A DNA stretch of 64,000 bases from the NCBI GenBank assembly GCA_004022145.1, contig RCNU01000001.1. One strand, 5' to 3'. The translations under genes and the position numbers were made by a program. The notes under the pieces are model-generated. The model was not told where the DNA came from. It was given only the letters and a program-made list of their open reading frames with translations, and made no database searches. The stretch is from Paecilomyces variotii. Its lineage: Eukaryota. This document shows, piece after piece, positions 1-12,413 of the stretch. Every line of letters begins with the position of its first letter. The stretch's first letter is position 1.

Positions 1-2237
1 AATACTCTATATTTAACTTAGCTAAAGTTATCTTAAAGTATAATAATATAAGTCTTTCCCTTATTAAGCAGTATAATCTTATAAATATCTAGGTATAGTT
101 TTAATCTCCTTAGTAAAATAAATATTAATTATAAAACTTTTTTTATATATTCTTTATTAGCTTTTTAATATTTATTATATATCTTTATTTATCTGGCAAT
201 ATATTTATATAGGCCTTTTTACTAATATTAATTAGCTACTTTCCTATATATTACTTTATATTTCTAATATTTATATTCTTTATAAAAGGTAATAAGGATC
301 TCTTTTTACTTTTCTTTATTATTAATAACTATTTAATAAGGCTAATTTTATTATACTCTCTAAAAAAGAATATTATCTTATATTATATATTTTATAGCCT
401 TCTTCTTAAACTTAGCATATTATCCCCAGTCTATATTATTTAATTTTATTATAGTTTATAACTATTCTATAATTAATAAAGACTTTTTTTAACTAATATA
501 ATATAGGCGTTAACTAAGGGATATTATTTAATTTTACCTCTTATATGCTAGTATAATAGACTATATAAAACTATAGGTTTAAGAATTTCTTTATATTATT
601 ATCTTTTGCCTTTTTTAAGTCTTACTCTATTATTAGCTTTTAAAATAATTTATCTATAACTAAGTTCTTTTTTCCTAATATATAAATAATATTAAAGTTA
701 AATAACTAAATCTAAGCAATCTATTAAATAATTATTAACTTAAGGAAGTTTATAGCTGTTCTATTTAATTATATAATTAGAGTTTTTATATCTATCTTTA
801 GTTAAAAGTATATACTATATAGATATATTTTAAATTTATAAAGAGCCTTTAGTACTGCCCTATACTCTAGCTTTTCTCTATTATATTACCTCTTTACTTG
901 CATCTATACTCTATTTTTATATTTAGCTAAATATCTCTTATTAGATTTCTTTTTTTTTAAGTAAATTATACTCTCTATTTATTACTACTAATATTTATAT
1001 TAATAATAATTATCCTTTTTTTTTTATAGTTAATTAACTTAAGTGCTAGGGTTATTATTAAAGTTATTTTTAGGGTATTTATTAAGTCCTATTAGTCTAG
1101 TCTCTAAAGAAAGTCTTATTCCTTTCTTAATATTAAGTATATTAGTTTAGCCTTAGTAATATATCCTTTAATCTATATTCGGTAGTAGGCTATAATTCCT
1201 AAGAATTTTCTTATTTCTTATAGGTTTTAATATAGTAGCTATTCTAGGATTTTAATTATTTTTATAGATTCTAGGTGCTTCTCTTTTATATTATATATAT
1301 ATTTTACTACCTTAATCCCTAGAACTATAAATTATAATTTCTCTTTAGTAATAGTTAGACCGGCAAGTTTAAAACTATATAGTACCTTGTTAATATTTTA
1401 AATATATTTAAATATAAATCTTTTAATTCTAAGTAGTACTTCCTCTTTTCTATAGTTAGTCTTAAGGCCTTATATTAGAGCATTATTTAAAAATATATTA
1501 TAGATATTAGGGATATTATTAGTAAGCGCCCTTATAACCCCGCGCATAAATTTTAATATTATATTAATTTATTCTTGCGGTAGTCTAGCTTAGCAAACTA
1601 AATTAATTCTAAATATATAGAAAGCTATTAAGTCGCGTAACTCTTTTACTAATCCTAACTAATTATACCTAAAGAATAAATCTATTAATATAAATACTAC
1701 TATTCTGCTAAATTTTTCTAAGAATTTATTAATTAAGGGGGGCAAGTTAATATCTTATATTATTATTTAATTAACTTCTATTGCTATATTAATTAATTAA
1801 TATTTACTATTTTTCTTTTTTATAAAAATTAAAGGTTCTTATAGGGCCTTTAACTCCGTTTAAGGATTTTAACCTCTATTTTTTCCTTTACTATTACTTA
1901 TACTATATTATAAAGTGCCTTTAGTATTAAAAAGCTCTTAGCCTGCTATAGCTTATACTATATAATTTAAATAATAATTAAAGATATAACTTCTAGGCGC
2001 ATTTATTTAATCTCCTTAAAAGTTTATATAAGGGCTATTTCTCTAGCGAAGAGCACCTTTATTAATAATTCTTTCTCTCTTAGCTATAAGTCCTCCCCTA
2101 TAATAAGATTTTTTAAGTATTTTAAAGTTAGCCTTATTCCTCTTACTATATCTAAGATCTTTAGCTAAATATAATTAGTAAATCCTTCCTATATCTCTTT
2201 TATATTCTCTTAAGAATTTATATAATAGCGCTCCTAG

Positions 2238-2578
2238 TATTATAAGAAAGGGTATCGAGACTTAGCAGTAAGTCTTAGAGCATAAGAATATAGAAGAAGG
2301 GAAGAATAGCTTAGGTCTTTAGGCCCTAAAATAGAGCTAGAAAAAAAGCTTAAAGAATAAAATAACATAATAAAAGAGAGGCTGCTTTAATACTAAACTA
2401 ATATTAAAATATAACTAAAAGGGGATTATTTATTCTATTCTGTATTAACTAACTAATTAATGCCCTTCTTCCCCTTGCACCTTATTAGAAGTATTTAAGC
2501 TACCTCTTCTAATAATAGCACATAATTTACTGACCTAATTATATCCTTAAAACCTCCCTATTATTTCCTTCTACTATA
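2238..2578 (-). repeat. 3' LTR of A1
   Basis: tattataagaaaggg...ctactata; same 341-bp unit as six other copies; abuts the PPT. Confidence 0.93.
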
Positions 2579-2594
2579 TAGCCTCCCCTCCTTT

Positions 2595-5500
2595 ATATAT
2601 AGATATCCCTATTTACTTTTTTTAATTATTATAATTTATATTATCTCCTCTTTTTAATATTATAAATTATTCTTAAAGCAGGAATACTCTAGTTTTTAAT
2701 ATTATATATACTTTAAAACCCTTAATTTATAAAGCTAAGTTTCTTTCCTTTGCAGATAATCTTAAACTAATAATATATTTTATTTTAATATAAAATATAG
2801 CTTTATTTTAACTTTTAAACAATTTTAATTTAGCTAACTAAGTATTACTCTACCTATAACTATAACTCTATTTATTTAGATATTAAAAGGCCTAGATTCT
2901 CTTTAATTAAATCTTATCTTATTTTATTCTCTATAATTAAAACAGCAAATATTATTAAAATCTATTCTTTAATTCTTTAATACTAGCTAATGCAGATTAT
3001 TAATAAAGGTTACTTCTCCTTACCTAAATATAATATCTTTTAAGCCTATAGTTTTCTTAGACTTATTTTTAATAATTAGTCTAGTCTTTAGAATTATAAA
3101 GCCCTAGCCTATTCTTCCTTTAGAAATCTTAGTCTTTATATTTAATACTCTTAGCTTATATCCCCTAAGATATTAAACCTATAATTTATATTTATTATAA
3201 CTATATAATGCTAACCAGATTAAATAAACCTAGATATCTTATATAATAATCTTCTAGAGAATATTTTAAGATAAGTTTTTAAGCCTTATTAATCCTTTAT
3301 TTTTTTTTATAATAAAGGGCTACTTTTACTTCTATAATAATATATTATAATATCTCTTTTACTAGTTTCTCTTTAAAGAATATAATTTAAAAAATCTTAT
3401 TTGCTTTCTAATAGTTAAAGTCCTTCCTTATTATAATATTTAATTAAATATATTAATCTTATATTTTATTTAGAGTAAAATCTTCTTTACTTAGGTTAAA
3501 CTATTTTCTGTTTCTATATTTAAATTTAGGATACTCTTTAGCCCTATATAGATTATTTTAAGCTTTATAGTATAAGCTGCTAAATATATTACTAAAAATA
3601 TTTATATTAATTAACTTAAAATCTCTAAACAATTAAATTATCTCTAATACTAGGGATTTCTTAGGAAAAAGGTCTTTAGATAAGGTTTCTTTAACTTTTA
3701 TATTATCTTTATCTTTTATACTTTTAGGACTTCTTAAAATAGGACTTTTTATTTTTTTTTTAACTTAGCTATTGCTAAGTATATCTAGTGTTTATTTAGC
3801 CTCTAAGTTATTTTTAAATTATATAGTTTTAGCATTCTATATATCTTTTAAGTGCCTAATTTCTTTCTTAATAAAGGGGTTTTCTAGATTTATTATAGAA
3901 AAGGAGGGCTTTTTAAGATTTTTTTTATCTTCTAGTTTATTAATTTAAATTACTAGAGGTGCTTATTTAAATTTAATATTATTTAAAGAGTTCTGCAGCC
4001 GCTCTTCTAATAATATCTTTAATAAATAATATATACTTCTAAAAAAGGCTTTTATTTATTGTTTTATAATTACTAGTATTATCTTAATTACTGCTTTTAA
4101 AACTTCCTTAGTATTTCTAGCTAATACTTCTTTTTTTACCCCTATTATACCCGCTAAAAAACATATATAGGGTTTATAAATCTCTTAAAGCCTCTTTAAT
4201 ATTAACTAATATAATACCTCCTTAATATTCTTTTTTATTATTAATTTGCTACTAATCTAGCTTTATTATAATAAATTATCTTTATCTTTATAATTATAGT
4301 CCTTAAAAGATATATCTAAATAAAAGCTATATTAAAACTACCTCTAGTATTTATTATATATTAATAGGTTATAAAGATTATTATTGCTCTTAGTAAATAC
4401 TTTTAGTCTTCTTTTTAATAATTTTTCTTCTACTATATATATACTTAAAATTGCCTAAATCTTATTAGTATACTTATAACAGAGTTTATTAATATTAATT
4501 CCCCCTTATTAAAGGCTGCTTATAACTTCTTTATCTTCTTAACTAAAAAACGCCTTTTTAAATAATTCTAATATCTTAGTTTTATAATTATAGCCTTCCT
4601 TTGCCTGCTTCCCCTTTCTTTATATTTTAATTTTTTTCTTATTTTTAGGTTTTTTAAGGCTTTTTATTTTTTTTTATCCTTCTCCTCTTTTTTTATCTTA
4701 TTATTTTTTTTATTGCTAATAGTAAGGTTAATTAATAAGCTTTTTTTTAGGTCTTTAATTATCCTCTCTGCTTTATATTCTAAAATCTCTTTTAAAAAAA
4801 AGTCTTCTCTAATCTATATATTAATTAATTAAAGCTCTACTTTTATTATTTTAAATAAAAACTATCTGCTCCTATTAATTATTCTCTTTAAAAAGTCTTT
4901 TACTCTTTTAATATCTATTAATAATAAATTTTTTTCTAGCTATATACTAGGCTTTCTAATATTTAATAATTTATTTATTTAAGCTTATATTAAATAAATA
5001 GCCGCTACTCTTTATTTCTTAGTTTATTTTATAATTTCTTTTAAAGCTACTAAGATTTAATAACTTTTTTTAGCTTATATTATTAGTTAGCTAACTACTT
5101 ATTCTTCCTATATCTCTATTGCTATTATATATCTCTTATTTATATAATTCTTATTCTCCCTTACTCTTTTTATTAATTTTTTAAGTTCCTTAATAACTCT
5201 TTTCTCCTTAACTTAAGCTTTTTTTAAAAGCTTTTATTATTTTAGGAACTTATAATAGTCTATCGCAGCCTTATTTTATTTAATTTAAAATTTTATAATA
5301 ATAGCCGCTATTCTAGTTATAAATTTAACTTTTTTTAGTTTATCTTTTATTATAGTAATTACTCTTTTTATAAGATTATAGATCTCTTTTATAATTATAT
5401 AAATACTTATATTAAATTTTAGCAACTGTTCCTATAGGATAATATTTTAAATTTAAAGTATATTTTTTTCTATTTTAGCTTAGTAAAATTATATAGCAGT

Positions 5501-5950
5501 TTTAGTCTAGTAATATTTAGTATAAAAAGGGGGTATAAAATAATTAGACTTAAGTTTTCTAATAGTATTTATAAATAAAAAAATAAGGTTCTTAATATAA
5601 AATAAGATTTCTTTATTATTATTTTATATTCTTTATCTGATATTTTTTTTTTAGTAATTAAAAGAGTCTAGCCTTACTCTTCTAATAATATATATATGTT
5701 CTTTTATTTTACTTATCCTTAAGTTCTTCCCCTCTTCTAAAAAATTTAAGTACTTCTATTTTTAATTTATCTGCTCTCTTTTATTTTAAGCTAAACTTTT
5801 ATTTAATATTAAACTTACTTTATTATTAGCCTTTTATTTCTCCTTCTTTTAAGCTAATATTTTTAAAAAAAGGGTACTAGGACTATAACTATATATATTA
5901 ATTTAAGTAATATTTAGTCTATATTATCTTTATTATTATTTATTTGCTAA
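2595..5950 (-). pseudogene. Extra 3' region of family A downstream of integrase (probable additional ORF relic, function unknown)
   Basis: ~3.4 kb between integrase end and PPT, conserved in A4 (25450-29030) and A6 (57545-60900); purine-rich, coding-like on element sense strand. Confidence 0.5.
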
Positions 5951-8900
5951 TCTTCTTACTTAGGTTTTATATTATTATTTGCCGCTAATATATCTTCTTA
6001 ATTATCTTATAAATAATAGCCTTTTAAACAATTTTTATAGATTAGATTTTAAAAAGCTATACTATTTAATTTTTTAAGCTTATAAGAATCTTTCTAAAAG
6101 ACTTTTTTAATTTAATATAATTTAAGCTAGCAATATACTAATTTAGTAAAATAAGATATTTTAAGCTTTATATTATAAAGTAAAATAAGTTATTCTTTAA
6201 TTAGCTGCTCCTTATAAAGTTGCTTTTTATTATTAAAGGCTTTTTTACTAGCTTCTTTTATATACTAAATATAAAGCTATATTTTTTCTATATCTTAATC
6301 TCTAAGTTCTATTTACCTTATATAAAGAAGAAGAAGGTCTTCTATAATTTTAACTTTATCTTATGCTAATATCTTCTAAGTAAATATTTTTAGTTTAATT
6401 AGCAATATTATATTATATCCTATAATTGCTTTAAATAGCATTAAATTAATAAAGGTCTTAATTATATCCTTATTTACCTAGATTATAGCTAATAAATAGT
6501 TTACTTAATTTACTCTTATTCTTTTTATAAGTTTCTTAATACTATATATAAAAGACTTATATATAACTTTAACTGCTTTATTTGCTTGCAGATTATATAG
6601 CAAGACTTTAATATAATTAATTTTATATTTTTATACTAATACATTAACTATAGCTTTATTCTCTAGTCTTTTATTATTAATAAGAGTCTCTATTATTCCC
6701 TAGTAATAAATCTAGTCTTCTTATAAAAACTTAGTAATAGCTTTTAAAATAGGGCTATTAAATATTCTATATTTAATCTAGCTAAAGTTATCCTAAAGTA
6801 TAATAATATAAGTCTTTCTTTTATTAGGTAGCATAATCTTATAAATATTTAAGTATAGTTTTAATCTCTCTAGTAGAATAAATATTAATTATAAAACTTT
6901 TTTTATATATTCTTTATTAGCTTTCTAATACTTATTATATATCTTTACCTATTTAATAATATATTTATATAGGCCTTTCTATTAATATTAATTAGCTACT
7001 TTCTTATATATTGCTTTATATTTCTAATATCTATATTCTTTATAAAGGGTAATAAGAATCTCTTTTTATTTTCTTTTATTATTAACAACTATTTAATAAG
7101 GCTAATTTTATTATATTCTTTAGAAAAGAATACTATCTTATATTATATACTTTATAGCCTCCTTTTTAAACTTAGCATATTATTCTTAATTTATATTATT
7201 TAGTTTTATTATAGTTTATAACTATTCTATAATTAGCAAAGACTTTTCTAACTAATATAATATAGGCGTTAACTAAGAGATACTATTTAATTTTACTTCT
7301 TATATATTAGTATAATAGACTGTATAAAACTATAGATTTAAGAATTCCTTTATATTATTATCTTCTGCCTTTTTTAGGTCTCGCTTTATTATTAGCTTCT
7401 AAAATAATCTATTTATAACTAAGTTCTTTTTCCCTAATATATAAATAATATTAAAGTTAAATAGCTAAATCTAAGTAATCTATTAAATAATTATTAACTT
7501 AGGGAGGTTTATAGCTATCTTATTTAATTATATAATTAAAGTTTTTATATTTACCTCTAGTTAAAAGTATATATTATATAAATATACTTAGAATTTATAA
7601 AGCGCCTTTAGCACTACCCTATATTTTAATTTTCCTTTATTATATCGCTTCTTTGCCTATATCTATATTTTACTTTTATATCTGGCTAAGTATCTTTTAT
7701 TAGACTCCTTTTCTTTTTAAGCAAATTATATCCCCTATCTATTGTTATTAGCATTAATATTAATAATAATTATATCTCCCTCTCTATAATTAATTGGCTT
7801 AAATGCTGGTATTATTATTAAAGCTATTTTTAAAATATTTATTATTTTTTATTATTCTAGCCTTTAAAAGAAGTCTTATCTCTTTTTTAATATTAAGTAT
7901 ATCGGTTCGGCCTTAGTAATATATTTTTTAATCTATATCTAATAATAGGCTATAACTCTTAAAAATTTTTTTATTTTTTTTAAGTTTTAATAAGGGAGCT
8001 ATTTTAAGATTTTAATTATTTTAGCTAACTTAAGATATTTCCCCTTAGTATTATATATATAGCCTACTACTTTAATTTTTAGTACTATAAATTATAATTT
8101 CTCCCTAATAATTATTAAACCTATAAGTTTAAGACTATATAATATCTTATTAATATTTTAAATATATTTAAATATAAACCTTTTAATTTTTAATAGCGTC
8201 TCTTCTCTTCTATAATTAGTCTTAGGTCCTTATATTAGTATATTATCTAGAAATATATTATAAATATTAGAAATATTATCTGCTAATACTCTTATAACCC
8301 CTTATATAAACTCTTATATTATATTTATCTATCTTTAGAGTAGTCTAGCTTAATAAACTAAACTAATTTCTAATATATAAAAAGCTATTAAGTCCTGTAA
8401 TTCTTTAGCTAATTCTAACTAATTATACCTAGAGAATAAGTCTATAAGTATTAATACTAGTATTTTACTAAACTTTTCTAAGAACTTATTAGCTAAAGAA
8501 GGTAGATTAGCGTCTTATATTATTACTTAATTAATTTTTATAGCTATATTAATTAGCTAATATTTATTATTTTTCTTTTTTATTAGGAATTATAGATTTT
8601 AGTAAAGTCCTTAATTATATTTAAAGATCTCCATATTTATTTTTTTTTCACTATTTCTTATATTATATTATAGAGTACCTTTAATACTAAGAAGCTCTTT
8701 ACCTGCTATAGTTTATAATCTATAGTCTAAATAATAATTAGAGGTATAACTTTTAGGTATATTTATTTAATCTCTTTAAAGGTCTAGGTAAAGGCTGCTT
8801 CTTAGATAAAAAGTATTTTTATTAATAATTCTTTCTCCTTTAGCTATAGATTATCTTTTATAATAAGGTTCTTTAAACAGTCTAATATTAGTTTTATTTT

Positions 8901-11900
8901 TTTCTTAATATTTAATATCTTTAGCTAAATATATTTAGCAAATCTTTTATATATTTTTTTTTATTTTTTTAGGGGTTCTTATAATAATACTCTCTAATAA
9001 TTTTTTTTATTTTAATAACCCCTTTAGAGCTGCGGTAGGTCTATTTAATATATTTATTAAATAAACCTTTTTATATTTCTTCTTATACTATATATTAATA
9101 AAATATTTTATTTTTATAATAAAAAAGTTATACCTTTTAAACAGTCTGTATCCCTATAATCTTCTAACTTCTTTATTTAATTTAGTAAGTTTAAATATTC
9201 TTACCCCTTTACTTTTAATTTCCTCGCTTGCTTTAAAACTAATATTATTTATTAAATATAGCTCCTGCAGGCCTTCTCTATTCTTAGTCTAATATTTATT
9301 ATTTTTTTTTAGCTTTAATTTAATAACTCTTATACTTAAGATAATAGATTACATAATATTTCTTTTCTTAACTTATTTTTTAAGTTATTTATTAAAAATA
9401 TTTATACTACTATCTAATTCTTCTAGTTTATAAAATAAATTATATTCTCTATTATCTTATTTAATAGAGTAATATACTGTAAATATGCTTAATGCTTAAA
9501 AGGACATCCTAAGATATAATTATAGTTAATCTTATTATTTACTATAAAGAAAGAAACTTTATAATAAAAAGATCCTATCTATATAAGTACTTTTTTATAG
9601 AGACCTATAAAAGGGGTCTAGCTACTATCTGCCAATATTATATTACCTTTAAATTTTTAGCTTATAATAAGCTTATAATAATTTACTATATCTCTATATA
9701 TTATATTAATTTTGGCTCTACTATTTATTATAATATTTTAAGCCTTCTTATAATTATTAATCTAGATTAGCAACTTTAGAGTTATAGCTATATATAGTAT
9801 TTTATCTTTTTTAAAAGGCTTAAATTATAAAGATATATAAGTATATTAATCTGCACTATTTACTATATACTCTATATTTAATATAGAGATATTAAACTAT
9901 ATTCTTTTAATATTATAAAAAACTGCTTTTATTATTACTTACTATAGTTATAATATAAATAAGGCCTTATATAGACTAGGAGATAGACTAATAAGGTCTT
10001 AAATTAATATCTAAACTTTAGTATTTAATATCTAATATATAACTCTTATTATATTAATAGTCTCTTTTAGCTTATTTATAATCTTAAATCTCTTTAATTT
10101 CTATCTCTCTTTTATTTTAATAACCTTTTTATTCTTATTTTATTTAAGTATATCCTTTATTTCTTCTTTAACTATCTTTATTTCCTCTATTATACTCAGA
10201 GGCTAATAATTATTAAATTAATTTATTTTAACTAAAAGAAATTTTTACTTCCTTTTAATTGCTTTTTATAATTTTTTTTTATATAATTATTTAGTCTCGC
10301 TTTACTTTTTCTTTATTTTTTAGGGTTTATTTAATCCTATTATATTAACAAAATAATAGTTTTTTATAATATCCCCTACTTCTTCCTTTAAGCTTAAGTT
10401 ATCCCCAGGTTGCCCCAGCATAATTAACTAGATATTATATTTAATTAAGCTAATATTCCTTTATTCTTCTTTTAGTCTCTGCTTAATAATCTCCTTTTAT
10501 AATATATTTCCCTATATAAAATAAATAATTTCTCTATTCTATTTTTTTAGTTTAAAGTAAAGTTTATAGTCTTCTTTCTAATAAATAAATTTCTAATTTA
10601 GGAGACTCTTTAAGTTTAGGCAATAAAATTAAATATAATTAAAAGCCTAGCAGAAGTTATATAAATTTAAAAATATTCTTAATCCTTTAACTAGGTTAAA
10701 TCCTAAAGGCGCCCTAGCTTATATATTTATATTAATATTAGGTATATTACTATTAAGCCTCCTTATATACTATATACTATATAGTTTTAACTTTTTAAAC
10801 TCTTTTATTAATTAATTAATCTATAACTACTCTATTAACTTTACTTTAATACTCTATTATTTAATCCTACTCTTATTCTTATTTAAATAAGTTCTATTAG
10901 ATTTAATAAGAAATTATATATTATCTTCTTTAATTATCTTCTCCTTTAAAGCTGCTATATCTTAATCTTTTTCTAGTTCTCTATTATTAAAGTAGTAAAG
11001 GGTTTTAATTATTCTTATTCTATCTATTACCTTCTTATAGAAATTAATATATTTAATAATAGACAGAATATAGTAGTTTATATTTAACTCTTAAACCTCC
11101 TATTGCTTAAGCTTTTCTAAAAATCTTTAAAAATATTAAACTCTCTATAAGTATTGGCTTAATTTATCTAAAGTTATTAATGCTTTTAATATAGCTTAAT
11201 ATTCTTAGTTATACTTCTTTAAGTCCTTAGAGCTATTATATTTTATATTTTTAAACCTTTTTAGCTATTAGATATTATATTTTCTTTAGTATTTATTATA
11301 ATAGGCATATTTTTATTTAATTGCTTCTGCTAGTTTTAGGTAGTTCTTCTCTTTATATTTAGGTTAAGTACTTATTTATAATAATACTAATAGGCTATAA
11401 TAGTCTATAAACTATTTAATTTTTTCCTCTTTTAAGAATTAATTTGCCTTATATAGCCTCTTAAAAAGCCTTAAGTAATAAATAATATTATCCTCTTTAA
11501 AATAAGATATTTTAAGATTTTTAAGCATTAGTATCTGTAGAGCTAATATAACCTAGATTAATTATACTATTAATAGTCCTATATTTTTAAATGCCTAAGC
11601 TATTTATACCTTTAGACCTAATAATATTAAGAAGCTAAGAGTTCTTCTATTTTAATTAATGCTAAAAAGATTAGTGCTTTTTTTTATATTTTTCTAAAAG
11701 AATAGTAATAAAGATAATAATAAAAAGTTCTTTTACTTTTTAATAAATAGTTCTTACTTAATAATTTCTTATTTCTTTTAAATTTTTACTTCCTTTTTAT
11801 ACCTATTAAGTTCTTTCTTATATTTAGCAATTTTTTCTTTCTTTTATTATTAGTATATATTTTTGCCTTATATTATATTTACTGTCTCTACTAATTTATA

Positions 11901-12000
11901 AAATATATTTATCTTTTTTTATTTATAATAATAATCTCTTTTAGCTATTTTATTTATCTTTTTACTGCTTCTTATCTCTTTTTTTAGCTTTTATCTTAAC
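5950..12000 (-). pseudogene. gag-pol relic of A1
   Basis: De-RIPed motifs: protease IDSGAEINI (~9704-9730), RT FLDD (~8241-8255), RNase H and integrase collinear with A4; many RIP stops; ends approximate. Confidence 0.85.
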
Positions 12001-12072
12001 CTTAGCTTCTAATTTTCTTTTCTTCTTTATTTCTGTTTAATATTTTAATGCCCCCTATATTTAGCTCTAATT

Positions 12073-12413
12073 TATTATAAAAAAGGGTGTTAAAACTTAG
12101 TAATAAGTTTTAAAGTATAAAGATATAAAAGAAGAGAAGAATAGCTTAAATCTTCGGGCCCTAAAATAAAGCTAAAAGAGAAGCTTAGAGAATAAAATAA
12201 TATAATAAAAAAAAGGCTGCTTTAATACTAAACTAATATTAAAATATAACTAAGAGGGGATTGCTTATTCTATTTTATATTAATTAACTAATTAATGCCC
12301 TTCTTCCCCTTATACTTTATTAGAAATATTTAAGCTACCTCTTCTAATAATAGCATATAACTTGCTAACCTAATTATATCTTTAAAACCTCTCTACTATT
12401 TCCCCCTACTATA
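12073..12413 (-). repeat. 5' LTR of A1
   Basis: 341-bp copy of the family A LTR; adjacent PBS-position motif ttagctctaatt at 12061-12072. Confidence 0.93.

Larger units (their letters stand above)
2238..12413 (-). mobile_element. Full-length Ty3/Gypsy LTR retrotransposon family A, copy A1 (10,176 bp, RIP-inactivated)
   Basis: Two 341-bp LTRs (2238-2578, 12073-12413); 4-bp TSD ctag (2234-2237)/ctaa (12414-12417); PPT complement tagcctcccctcc from 2579; domain order gag-PR-RT-RH-INT on minus strand. Confidence 0.93.
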
